64,000 bases of DNA from Phycisphaerae bacterium (GTDB lineage Bacteria; Planctomycetota; Phycisphaerae; SM23-33): contig JADHXQ010000007.1 in NCBI GenBank assembly GCA_016782885.1, positions 2,313 to 66,312 on the forward strand. The letters are read 5' to 3'. The position numbers were made by a program, and so were the translations under genes. Within the stretch, counting starts at the first letter, position 1, and each line of letters begins with the position of its first letter. Shown in pieces: positions 42,515-51,517 of the stretch. The notes below the pieces were generated by a model. It was not told the origin of the DNA and did not search any database. It was given only the letters and a program-made list of their open reading frames with translations.

Positions 42515-43124
42515 GACGGCCTACATGTCCCTGGCGATGGGACGCAAGGTGACCGATTCGCCCGACGCGTTCTGCTATCTGCGCCAGAGCATCGTGCGCG
42601 GATCGTCGGCCGGTAAAAAGAGCAAGGAGTTCGCGATCAAGAACTTCGAACGATGGCTCGTTCAGCGCGACCGGGACGGTTATCGCACCCAGGCCACGAT
42701 CAAAGTGCCCCAGCACAAATCGATGTGGATGGTCCCGAAGAACTATAAATTCGACTACATCGCCCGACGAACCGATCTGGCGAGCGGTAACTCCAGGATC
42801 GGATTCGCCCTGGACGACCGCTTCGGCAGCGGCGGACCGCACTCGGTGGCAATCAAGGTCACGTATCACGACATCGGCAAGGGCAAATGGTCGCTGGTCT
42901 ACACAAAGCCCGGCGGATCTGTCGGACGGCGCACCGTCCAGTGCAAAGGCTCGAAAAAAGCCCTCATCACCACATTCCACATCATCGACGCATGCTTCTC
43001 GGGCAAGGGCGAGGCCTTCGACTTTCACATAGAAGCCTCCAGCCAGGATGCAACAGTGTCATTCGTCCACGTGATAAAGACCAAACGGGGCGACGAATCG
43101 GTTGCGAAAACCCGGAGGTTGTGA
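42515..43124 (+). pseudogene. Orphan 3' gene fragment: a diverged duplicate of the C-terminal domain of the 39395..41149 gene, with no N-terminal domain and no signal peptide
   Basis: The translated fragment TAYMSLAMGRKVTDSPDAFCYLRQSIVRGS... is ~80% identical to residues ~390-584 of the upstream protein. Homology starts abruptly at ~42515. Confidence 0.55.
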
Positions 43125-43182
43125 TAATCTTTTCCGGTAGGCGCGAGTGAACGCTGACATGATAAATGTTTGGGGATGACAT

Positions 43183-44550
43183 ATGGCGATGAGTCCACAT
43201 TATACGAAAATTGCAGCCGGCCGAAACGTCTGGCAAGTTGTTGCCCTGCGTACCGCAATTACAATCACCGGTCTGTTTCTTGTCGCCCAGACGCTGGTTG
43301 AGGGGGCGGTCGAATATCCCTCCCGTCCGCCATCGCCCGGGAAACTGGGCACCATGCATTACCACGACCCCACTGGAATCAAGGTTGGTTCTGACTACTA
43401 CGTGTACGGTACGCATGGGGCCCCGACTCACAAGTCGAGCGACCTGATCACCTGGCGGCTCACAGGATTCGCCATTCCCAACGTGCCTCCCGCGGCGAAG
43501 CTTCACGTTCCGAAAGGGCATAAGGTCTGGGCTCCGGATATCCTCCGGATCGGTCGGACCTACCGCCTGTACTACTGCTACTCCCAATTCGGTACGCGGA
43601 ATTCCTGCATTGGATTCGTTGAATCGGCTTCCCCCGCCGGTCCGTTCAGGGAGCGCGGGCTGGTCTTCAAGACGCTCAACACCGACCGCGACACCTCGAC
43701 CAATGCCCTAGATCCCAATGTCTTCATCGATACTCGCGGGAAGCACTGGATGGCATATGGGTCGTACTTCGGCGGTCTGTGCATTATGGAGTTGAACCCG
43801 CGCACGGGCAAGCCGTTGAAAGCGGGGCAGGGCAAAACCCTGGCGCTTCGTGCCCCGAGGTCCGGCGGTATCGAAGCTCCCCACATCATCTACCATCCCG
43901 GTTTCCGCAGGTACTACCTGTTTGTCTCGTACGGCCAGTTGGCTACTACGTACAACGTTCGTGTCGGGCGATCGACCAAACCCGACGGGCCGTATCTGGA
44001 CCATCGGGGCAAGAAGATGGCCGACCGCAACGACGACGGCCTGAAGATTCTCAACAGCTATGCATTCTCAGGCTCGCCAGGCTGGATGGGGCCCGGGCAC
44101 AACGGCATAATTCGCGACGGGCGAGACTACTACATGGTTCACCACGCTCGCGACGCGAAGAAAGTGCCTTGGCTGCACGTTCGCAAGATTCTCTGGACCA
44201 ACGCCGGCTGGCCGATTGTTTCACCGCAGCGATACGCCGGCGAGAAGCTTCAGCCTGTCCCCCCCTCGTTGATCCCGGGGCGATGGGAGCAGATCGTACT
44301 CGAACCGAAAGACAACAGGAAGCAGGTCGCCAAGCCGCTGAAACTGCTGCCCGGCGGCGATATCGCCGGCGGCGGGCGGTGGAGGTTTACGCGGCCGGCT
44401 GCGCTTAGACTCGCTTGGTCCAAGACTCGCCTCTGCATCGTTAAGCTGCTGCCCGCGTGGGACTGGGAAAACGATCGGGCAACTCTGGTCTATACCGGTC
44501 TGAGTCTCAGCGGTAAGGCTGTCTGGGGAAAAAGAATCGGTGAGAAGTAG
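43183..44550 (+). CDS. Glycoside hydrolase family 43 (arabinanase/xylosidase-like 5-bladed beta-propeller)
   Basis: GSDYYVYGTH, VWAPD, and the ALDPNVFID and HWMAYGSYFGG blades with catalytic Asp/Glu context (EAPHIIYHPGFRRYYLFVSYGQ). N-terminal signal anchor. Confidence 0.85.
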   Translation: MAMSPHYTKIAAGRNVWQVVALRTAITITGLFLVAQTLVEGAVEYPSRPPSPGKLGTMHYHDPTGIKVGSDYYVYGTHGAPTHKSSDLITWRLTGFAIPNVPPAAKLHVPKGHKVWAPDILRIGRTYRLYYCYSQFGTRNSCIGFVESASPAGPFRERGLVFKTLNTDRDTSTNALDPNVFIDTRGKHWMAYGSYFGGLCIMELNPRTGKPLKAGQGKTLALRAPRSGGIEAPHIIYHPGFRRYYLFVSYGQLATTYNVRVGRSTKPDGPYLDHRGKKMADRNDDGLKILNSYAFSGSPGWMGPGHNGIIRDGRDYYMVHHARDAKKVPWLHVRKILWTNAGWPIVSPQRYAGEKLQPVPPSLIPGRWEQIVLEPKDNRKQVAKPLKLLPGGDIAGGGRWRFTRPAALRLAWSKTRLCIVKLLPAWDWENDRATLVYTGLSLSGKAVWGKRIGEK

Positions 44551-44600
44551 ACTGCAGGAAAGCCGACTGTTCTCTTGCTCTCGCCAAAACTGGGGATGGG

Positions 44601-44834
44601 TCAGGAGAATGGGTTCCAGTACATGCTTGACACCAGATAGCAGATGATCAGGACGATTGACACTAAGAGAGACAGATGAGATACAGTCTCGCTCTTGGTA
44701 CCCTTCTTGGCCATGCCCAATGATACGAAACAGAAGAAGCAGCCGGGGACGCCTACAATTACGTCAGGTATCCCCTTGAAAAGACAATAGAACGCGAAGG
44801 CGTTAAAGAGCATTGACAGGATACCCGAAATCAT
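44601..44834 (-). CDS. Possible small two-TM membrane protein (77 aa) in a low-GC patch
   Basis: AAAGGA Shine-Dalgarno 7 nt upstream. Two hydrophobic helices. The surrounding ~250 bp is ~50% GC, against ~60% elsewhere. Confidence 0.35.
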   Translation of the reverse strand: MISGILSMLFNAFAFYCLFKGIPDVIVGVPGCFFCFVSLGMAKKGTKSETVSHLSLLVSIVLIICYLVSSMYWNPFS

Positions 44835-44942
44835 GTGACAGTCCTTTCTACGCTACTGTGCTGTGCTTCCGCGCGACCGCAGCATATCGAGAATCTTCCC
44901 GGTTGGCAACGCAGGGAATCCCGCGGAGTGTTATATCCAGGC

Positions 44943-45377
44943 TTAATCGAAAAACCCCTGGTCGGGATTCCGAAACTCAAGGTCGGGAAAGGTCGTTCCC
45001 GGGAGGGATCGTCGAGTGGGTTGCTGGACAAGAGTCAACTGGTAGCCCGTGTACAACTTGATCTTGTACGTCAGCGTGGTGTCCAGTTTCCGCCATCGGC
45101 CGGGCATGGTTTCCTCGGCGGTAATGTGAACGACAAGGTTTTCGTCGACTATCTTCCAGGTTCCCTTGGTGTGGTAAGCTTCGCCCTCCTTCGAGTTCCC
45201 CACCCAGATAACGTATGTCTTCAGATAGGTCCCGTCGGGGTTCAACTCCCATCTGCAAGGGTATTCTGTTTTCCACCTGTCCCATTTGCCTGCGATGTTC
45301 TCCTCCGTTGGCGGTTTGTAACACCCAAGCGCCAACAAAGGCAGGATCAACGCGAAAACGCAAGTTTTAGTCCGCAT
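44943..45377 (-). CDS. Lipoprotein, hypothetical
   Basis: AAGGAG Shine-Dalgarno. Lipobox LLALGC. Confidence 0.65.
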   Translation of the reverse strand: MRTKTCVFALILPLLALGCYKPPTEENIAGKWDRWKTEYPCRWELNPDGTYLKTYVIWVGNSKEGEAYHTKGTWKIVDENLVVHITAEETMPGRWRKLDTTLTYKIKLYTGYQLTLVQQPTRRSLPGTTFPDLEFRNPDQGFFD

Positions 45378-45405
45378 ATGAAGTCTCCTTGTCCGACAGT
45401 GTGGA

Positions 45406-47496
45406 TCAACCCGGGGGTTTGGCGCCGTGTTGTTTGAACCAGGCCGTTGCCCGGTCGACCTGACCGTCCGGTACGGGGAACTTCGCCCATCGCCACAGCC
45501 AGGCGAGGTTCTCGCCGGTCAGGAATGAGTACAGTGCGGCCGCTCGCATGTGTTCGGTCTTCAGGAAATCGGCCGACAGCAGGATACGCTCGCAGTTGCC
45601 CTCGGATGCATACATGGCCCGGAAGAACTTCCGGTTGGCATCCTGCCCGAACCGGTCGTGGATGTAATGAAGGATGAACTCGTAGCGGTTGGGGTCGGAA
45701 GCTGCGTCCGGCTTGCCATCGATGAACCGGAAGAACCTGTTGCTCACCACATTGTTCGTCCACCGATATGCCCGCGGACCTATGGTTGCCATCATGCAGT
45801 AGTCGGATATCATGGTCGCCTGTGATTCGCACATCGCCGACCCCATACCCCTGGCCTGATGGTGCGGATCGTATGCCTGGTAAGTGTGCCCGAACTCGTG
45901 GAAGAGCACTCTCGTCCCGCCGCCTGGAAGCGAGGGTACAAGGTAGTGGGGCGAGTATATGCTTATGCCCACGACGCCCCCGGCGATACCGACGCCCGCG
46001 GGGGTCCAGCATCGCAGTTCGAACCGCTTCCGCCCGCGGGAGGGACGCACCGTACCGGCATAGTTGGCTACCAGCCACGCGTAGGCGCGATCCATCGCGG
46101 CGCCCAGGCGCTTTGTGTTCGGCGAGCCCTTCTCGCGGCAGGTGACGTCGAAGTGCTTCGACTGCGCGCCCAGTGGTATATGCTCGGCCAGTACGTCCTT
46201 TTGCGACAGGGTGCCCCGGGCCTGCACCGTCCCGATCAACGGCGATCTGGTCGTGTACTCGAACGTCACCGGTCCGCCGTTGAGCGCGGGCGCCCAGTCA
46301 CGCTCGATACAAATCCATCGGGCACGGCATCGCTCAACCTTCCCGTTGAACAGGACCTGGCGGCCTTGTGAGACCTTCAGTGAGGCCTTCTCCACGGGCA
46401 CGTGGTACAAGTAGTTTCCTCTGCTGTCCATCACGTCGAACAGCAGGTCGAGGACCCGGGCGTTCCATCTGCGGATATTCGCGCGAGCCTTGAACCTGCC
46501 GCCGTATCCGACCGTCCGCGTGCTCCCGCCCTTGAGCGAAATGATTCGCCCGATATATGCTACGGATTCATCCCCTGCTCGAAACGATACCAACAGTCGG
46601 TAGTTGCCCGGCGTTACGGCGATTGTGTATGTTCCGCCCTGGCGAAGCATCCCGATCGGCACGTGTGCAACCGGTGCGGGCCTGTCCAGTGACTCCAAGC
46701 CGACGACGACGCGTGCGGCGCCTCCGGGCACGCCGTAGAGCTTTAGTTGCAGCCGTGCCGCGGGGCCTCGCGGTTTGAAGTTCACCGGTGACCCCGGCAC
46801 GCACGGACTGAACAACGCGTACCCGGCCGCGCCTTGCCCGGCTGAAAGAGTTGCACAAAACCATCCTTTCAGCCCCGCCGTCCCGTCCAGGCGAAGCGTG
46901 CCGCTACCGGTGAACCCGCAGGAGATACTGTCGTCAGTGGAGGGCACGTCGGCAGGCGCAAATGATACGATGATATCGGGCGAAACGCCCTTGGGGCGGG
47001 TGAGGCTGCCGGTTCGTTTCGGAAGATTGATCGTCGTCGATGTTCGGGACGCAACTCTTACCGTTGTGTCTTTTGAAATCCTGACTCGCCGAACCGCAGC
47101 CAGCACGCCTGCACCCGAACCGCGGTATGCGCTGACGTACAAATTCCAGTCCCCCGGTGGTCCGCGAAAACTGCACTTACCGGACTGGTCGGTGGTCGCT
47201 CTTGACGTCCAGTCCCACGGTTCGCAGTGTACCAGCACGGTTGCCCGTTCTACCGGCGTGCGGCCGCGCAGCGTCGCGAGGACCACCACGTTCACCCTCC
47301 CGGTCTGCTGCCGGACCGGAAGTCTGTAAACCCAGTGGCCCGAAGGCTGCACCATCACCGCATTGTCCGCCGCAAACAAACGGGCTGACAAGCCAAACAG
47401 TATACTGGTGCAGACCAGCAACCAACATACCGACCTGTGGAGTTGAACAAACGCTCCGACTCGGCGGATCGCTCTGTCTTCTACCGGACCTGTCAT
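45406..47496 (-). CDS. Secreted putative zinc metallopeptidase (HExxH zincin)
   Basis: ATG at 47496 with a GGAG Shine-Dalgarno. Signal peptide. FHEFGHTYQ motif in the C-terminal half, with Ig-like or carbohydrate-binding-like repeats N-terminal to it. Confidence 0.6.
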   Translation of the reverse strand: MTGPVEDRAIRRVGAFVQLHRSVCWLLVCTSILFGLSARLFAADNAVMVQPSGHWVYRLPVRQQTGRVNVVVLATLRGRTPVERATVLVHCEPWDWTSRATTDQSGKCSFRGPPGDWNLYVSAYRGSGAGVLAAVRRVRISKDTTVRVASRTSTTINLPKRTGSLTRPKGVSPDIIVSFAPADVPSTDDSISCGFTGSGTLRLDGTAGLKGWFCATLSAGQGAAGYALFSPCVPGSPVNFKPRGPAARLQLKLYGVPGGAARVVVGLESLDRPAPVAHVPIGMLRQGGTYTIAVTPGNYRLLVSFRAGDESVAYIGRIISLKGGSTRTVGYGGRFKARANIRRWNARVLDLLFDVMDSRGNYLYHVPVEKASLKVSQGRQVLFNGKVERCRARWICIERDWAPALNGGPVTFEYTTRSPLIGTVQARGTLSQKDVLAEHIPLGAQSKHFDVTCREKGSPNTKRLGAAMDRAYAWLVANYAGTVRPSRGRKRFELRCWTPAGVGIAGGVVGISIYSPHYLVPSLPGGGTRVLFHEFGHTYQAYDPHHQARGMGSAMCESQATMISDYCMMATIGPRAYRWTNNVVSNRFFRFIDGKPDAASDPNRYEFILHYIHDRFGQDANRKFFRAMYASEGNCERILLSADFLKTEHMRAAALYSFLTGENLAWLWRWAKFPVPDGQVDRATAWFKQHGAKPPG

Positions 47497-47695
47497 GAGA
47501 CTACTCCGCAACGTTTGGCGAAATCCAGACAAGGCTGTTTCTCAGTAGACTCACATATCCTAGCTCTGCCCCCAAACCGTTACAAGAATTGATATGAGAT
47601 CGCCTTTCGACCACTTGCTGTAACCACAGATCGACAGGGCGCATGGTCCCGATACTCAGACGCAGCCCAAGTGCTTGGGCTGGCAAGGACCCCCG

Positions 47696-49426
47696 CTACA
47701 GACCGCCCATCTTGCCCAGTACGATCTTTCCGTCCTTGTAGGATACTGTTTGCGTTCCGATGACGATCTTGTCGCCTTGGACTTTCGGCGTCGGGGCGGT
47801 GGCGGCAGTGAGGAATTTGAAGCTGAATTTCCTGCCGCCGGCTGAAACTGGTCCCTCGCCCGGGGTGCTCGCACCGGTCATCACCAGCATACCGTCGGCG
47901 CCGGAGGCGCCGGAGAAATCAATCGCAACGCATGATTTGTCCGAACCGATAATCGCAGAACCGTCGGCGCCCGGAATCCAAACCGTGGCCTTGGAGGGAA
48001 TCGAGCCCCAACTGGTTTTCTTACCGTGATGGCTGATCCGCATTGAACGGTCAGGACCGTGTCGGAAACGGGCCGGCGACTTCCTGACCAACTGCGTGAT
48101 CACGATATCGTTCTCATCTTTCCATCGGTTGCGGAATCCGTAGAACTCGTGCCTCGAATCCCGCACGCAGCGGGGAATCCGCCCCGCCGGATTCACCGGC
48201 TTGAGATCAAACGGCGTGTTCACGAACGCCAGGATCGAATGGTGAGGGTACGGGCTTATCGTGTCCCACGGAGTACCGTTCTTGTCATCCCAATCCTTGA
48301 TGTACTTATGATAGAACCCCCAGATTCCCGCACGCTGAGCCGGAAGCACCGCCTCGTATCCGATCGAAAAATAACCCGCTCCGCTCACCCCGTCCGGGCG
48401 AGCCCAGATATTGTGCGGATACCCTCCACGCTCGGGAAAACCCTTGCGCAAATACCTCATATCCTTGCCCTGCGGTATCGTCAGGAGAAACCATTTCAGC
48501 GCCGTCCACCGCACGTTCGGACGCGGGCTGATAAAATCCCTGCCCATCGCCACCTTCCACGCATGAATCGCCGAGAGGTAGATTATGTGGCTGGCCATGC
48601 TGCCCGTACCATCGCCTTCGGAGAAGTAGCCACCGTCGCCAAAGCCCTCTGTGACGTTACGGATCATCGACTTTTCGCTCTCCTTGAGCAGCTTGTCGAT
48701 CTTCGCCTGATCGATCCCCGCATCGCCCGCAATCGCCATCAACGCCATCGCCCCACCGCCGACCTGCATGCCCCAGTGATTGCTCGCCGGAAAGTGCCGG
48801 CTGCCCCTGACCAGTTCGGCGAGGCTCATGTTCCTGCCTTCGTTGTAGTCAAAGATCACCTTGGCGATTCTCTTGCGGTAGGCCTCGTCCCATCCGCCAT
48901 AACAAAGATCGTAGCCGAGTGCGCCCCAGCCAAGCGACGGTCCGGCCCGCAGCGCGCCGTAAGGCGCCTTGAACGAATACCGCCGGTCTCGCCCGCGATA
49001 GCCCGCCAGGGACGCATCCATCGCTTTGCGGCCGAGGTCGGCATACTTCTTTTCGCCGGTGATCTGATACAGGAACCCATACCCCGCGACGTGAGAGATG
49101 GTAAACGTCTTACCGGCGGGGTCCCTGGCGAACTCGCCCGTCCCGTCCTTGCTCGCCTTGCCTTTCATACCGAGATTCGCGGGCATCGAGGCGCCGTCGC
49201 CGCCGTTAAGCGTGACCTTCAGGCGTTTGAGAATCGCCTGGCCTTCGGGTGTTTTCGCTCGCGCGCGCAGGGCGGGCAAGTCGCTCCCGCGAAACAGCAG
49301 TCGAGGATGCTCGCCCGGCTTGACGGGAACGTGCCCTTTGACATCCGCAGGCCAGGGCCCGGCCGCCGACGATGTGGCAGCCAGCGCTACAATCGCAATC
49401 AGGACAGCCGGTAGTGTTGCTTTCAT
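47696..49426 (-). CDS. Secreted polysaccharide-lyase-like protein (alpha/alpha-toroid plus beta-sandwich; heparinase II/III-like fold suspected)
   Basis: ATG at 49426 with a GGAG Shine-Dalgarno. Signal peptide MKATLPAVLIAIVALAATSSA. The family assignment is tentative and based on composition and layout only. Confidence 0.5.
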   Translation of the reverse strand: MKATLPAVLIAIVALAATSSAAGPWPADVKGHVPVKPGEHPRLLFRGSDLPALRARAKTPEGQAILKRLKVTLNGGDGASMPANLGMKGKASKDGTGEFARDPAGKTFTISHVAGYGFLYQITGEKKYADLGRKAMDASLAGYRGRDRRYSFKAPYGALRAGPSLGWGALGYDLCYGGWDEAYRKRIAKVIFDYNEGRNMSLAELVRGSRHFPASNHWGMQVGGGAMALMAIAGDAGIDQAKIDKLLKESEKSMIRNVTEGFGDGGYFSEGDGTGSMASHIIYLSAIHAWKVAMGRDFISPRPNVRWTALKWFLLTIPQGKDMRYLRKGFPERGGYPHNIWARPDGVSGAGYFSIGYEAVLPAQRAGIWGFYHKYIKDWDDKNGTPWDTISPYPHHSILAFVNTPFDLKPVNPAGRIPRCVRDSRHEFYGFRNRWKDENDIVITQLVRKSPARFRHGPDRSMRISHHGKKTSWGSIPSKATVWIPGADGSAIIGSDKSCVAIDFSGASGADGMLVMTGASTPGEGPVSAGGRKFSFKFLTAATAPTPKVQGDKIVIGTQTVSYKDGKIVLGKMGGL

Positions 49427-49431
49427 TTCAC

Positions 49432-51501
49432 TTATCTCCGATCGCTTCCCATCGCGAGTTTGTGTCGCGCGGCGGCTTCTTTTGCCCCGATGAACCGGGC
49501 GTGGATGGCGAGGCCCTGCAGTTTGCCCGACCAGCGGCGGTTCCCGTCCCATTCATCGCCGAACAGGAGGTGCATCGGCGACCAGTTGCTGAAATCGCCC
49601 CGAACCCTTTCGCTCTGCAGCACGCTCTTGCCGTTGAGGTAGCAGGACAGTTTCCCGGGCGAATACGCGACGATCACGTGGTGCGCTTTGGCGGCGGAGA
49701 CCTTGCATAGATTGGTCTCCGGCTTCATGCCATTTATGCCCGTCCGCGTCGTCCGCAGGCGCAGGACCAGGGTGGACTTCTGCTGGCCGAGCGTGAAATT
49801 ACGATGATAAGCATCCTTCGAGAACGATACGATCCGCGCGGGCCCGCCCTGCTTCGTGTCGCCGGGGGTGATAACAGCCTCGACAGACAACCGGCCCGAG
49901 GCCTTGCAGGCATCCAGCAAAGCCTTGTCGGCGCCCTGGGCGAGCATGGCGCCGCGCCCGAGGACCATTTCCCCGCCAGCGCCGATCCGGGCGTCATCGC
50001 GAGGTTTAACTGACGATGCAATTCCGCCGATTTCGCCGGGCGACTTACCGGTAGCCCATACGAACAATGCCCCATCGGTATTACCGGGCCAGGCGCCGGA
50101 CATCTTGGGCATCTTGACGTCGAGCGGCACCGCTTGCGGTTTCGCGGCCGTCGCGTGCGTCTTTCCCGTTTCGCGTGTGGTGGTATCGAAGCAAACCATC
50201 GCCCCGCTGCGGTCCTTGGCGCACAAGATCCCCCCCGCCAGCGTTATGTGCGGATAGCATATCGCCCGAAGCCCGCAGTCAAGTCGGGCCAATTCGCGGT
50301 AATTCCCCACAGACGGCGCCGCGTCCAGGAGTCTGACGCTCCCCTTACCGAATGCGATGACCTTGTCGTCGGCGGTCGCCAGGCACGAACCGTCGCCGAA
50401 GCTCCCGCCGGACCACAGCAGTTTCCCGCCGGCGGCGTCCAGGCAGTTGATCGAGTTCTTGATGATGTACACCCGCCCGCGATGGATCACCGGGCTGCCG
50501 GCCGTCGAGTAGTACTTCGATCGCCAAACCGGTCGCATCCGATCTTTGGCGACGTTGAACAACACCGCGGCTTTATTGTTGTACGCGGAAGTGACCAGCA
50601 CGCCACTGCCCGCGACCGCCGGCGTGGAGATGTTGCAACTGAACTCGGTCTGCCACTTCGCAGTCGCGACGGTTCGCCCTTCATACCCCTTGTCGACCCG
50701 CATCACGACCAGTTCCCGCAGCGTCAGCACTGCAATGCAGTCGGCGCCGTCAACAGTGATGGGCACGAGCCCCCCGGTATGCCCCGCCGGACCGTCATAC
50801 TGCGATGCCCAGACCTGCCGTCCGCTCTTCTTGTCCAACCCCATCACCGTGCCCGTCGGCGCGCCGACCTCGACAAGCAGCGTCTCGCCGCGGATCAGCA
50901 CCGAGGTGGGATACCCAAAATCGCGCGTGCCCCCGCCGGAGCGGGGACGCCGGCGGACCTTGTACTTGTCGTAGAAATTGAGTTTCCAGACCAGCGCCCC
51001 GCCCTTCTTGGTATCCCAGCACCGCAGGTCGCCATCGACGCTGAGCGTGTAGATTAAACCGGTAGACTTATCGAAAGTCGGCGTCGACGACGGGCCGCCA
51101 TAGGCGCCTTCGTCGCCCGTGCTGAGGCGCCCCTGGTAGGGACACGCATACGACTGTTTCCACAGTTCCCTGCCCGAAGCGGCGTCGATGCAGTAAAGCG
51201 TGTCGATGCCTCCCCCGCCCCGGCGGCGGCCGCCGCCCCCCCAGCCCATCACGTACAGCTTTCCGCCAACGATTATCGGCGAGGTGCATCCGTATCCGAC
51301 GCTTCGGCGCCACAGCTTTTTCGGAGGCCAGCCCTCGGGCCAACCGGACTTCTCAGCCACCACGCCGTTGCGGGTCATCCCGCGCCAATGAGGCCAGTCT
51401 TCACCCTTCGCGACAGACCCGGGCGCGGCGGCGAGAGTCTGCAGCATAACAAACGCCATTACCCCCCAGGCCGATATCGCACAACGAACAAACCCAGTCA
51501 T
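49432..51501 (-). CDS. Secreted PQQ-like beta-propeller repeat protein with a C-terminal LamG/concanavalin-like domain
   Basis: ATG at 51501 with a GAGGT Shine-Dalgarno. Repeated PQQ-type blades (GKLYVMGW, ...LWSGGSFGDG...). C-terminal jelly-roll-like region. Confidence 0.7.
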   Translation of the reverse strand: MTGFVRCAISAWGVMAFVMLQTLAAAPGSVAKGEDWPHWRGMTRNGVVAEKSGWPEGWPPKKLWRRSVGYGCTSPIIVGGKLYVMGWGGGGRRRGGGGIDTLYCIDAASGRELWKQSYACPYQGRLSTGDEGAYGGPSSTPTFDKSTGLIYTLSVDGDLRCWDTKKGGALVWKLNFYDKYKVRRRPRSGGGTRDFGYPTSVLIRGETLLVEVGAPTGTVMGLDKKSGRQVWASQYDGPAGHTGGLVPITVDGADCIAVLTLRELVVMRVDKGYEGRTVATAKWQTEFSCNISTPAVAGSGVLVTSAYNNKAAVLFNVAKDRMRPVWRSKYYSTAGSPVIHRGRVYIIKNSINCLDAAGGKLLWSGGSFGDGSCLATADDKVIAFGKGSVRLLDAAPSVGNYRELARLDCGLRAICYPHITLAGGILCAKDRSGAMVCFDTTTRETGKTHATAAKPQAVPLDVKMPKMSGAWPGNTDGALFVWATGKSPGEIGGIASSVKPRDDARIGAGGEMVLGRGAMLAQGADKALLDACKASGRLSVEAVITPGDTKQGGPARIVSFSKDAYHRNFTLGQQKSTLVLRLRTTRTGINGMKPETNLCKVSAAKAHHVIVAYSPGKLSCYLNGKSVLQSERVRGDFSNWSPMHLLFGDEWDGNRRWSGKLQGLAIHARFIGAKEAAARHKLAMGSDRR

Positions 51502-51517
51502 ATCATACCTCAATTGG

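Noticed and set aside
47664-47690. The perfect hairpin gcccaagtgcttgggc downstream of the 47696 gene, as a terminator
   Set aside because: No T-tract follows it on the transcribed (minus) strand. It may be a structural element, but it is not a classic intrinsic terminator.
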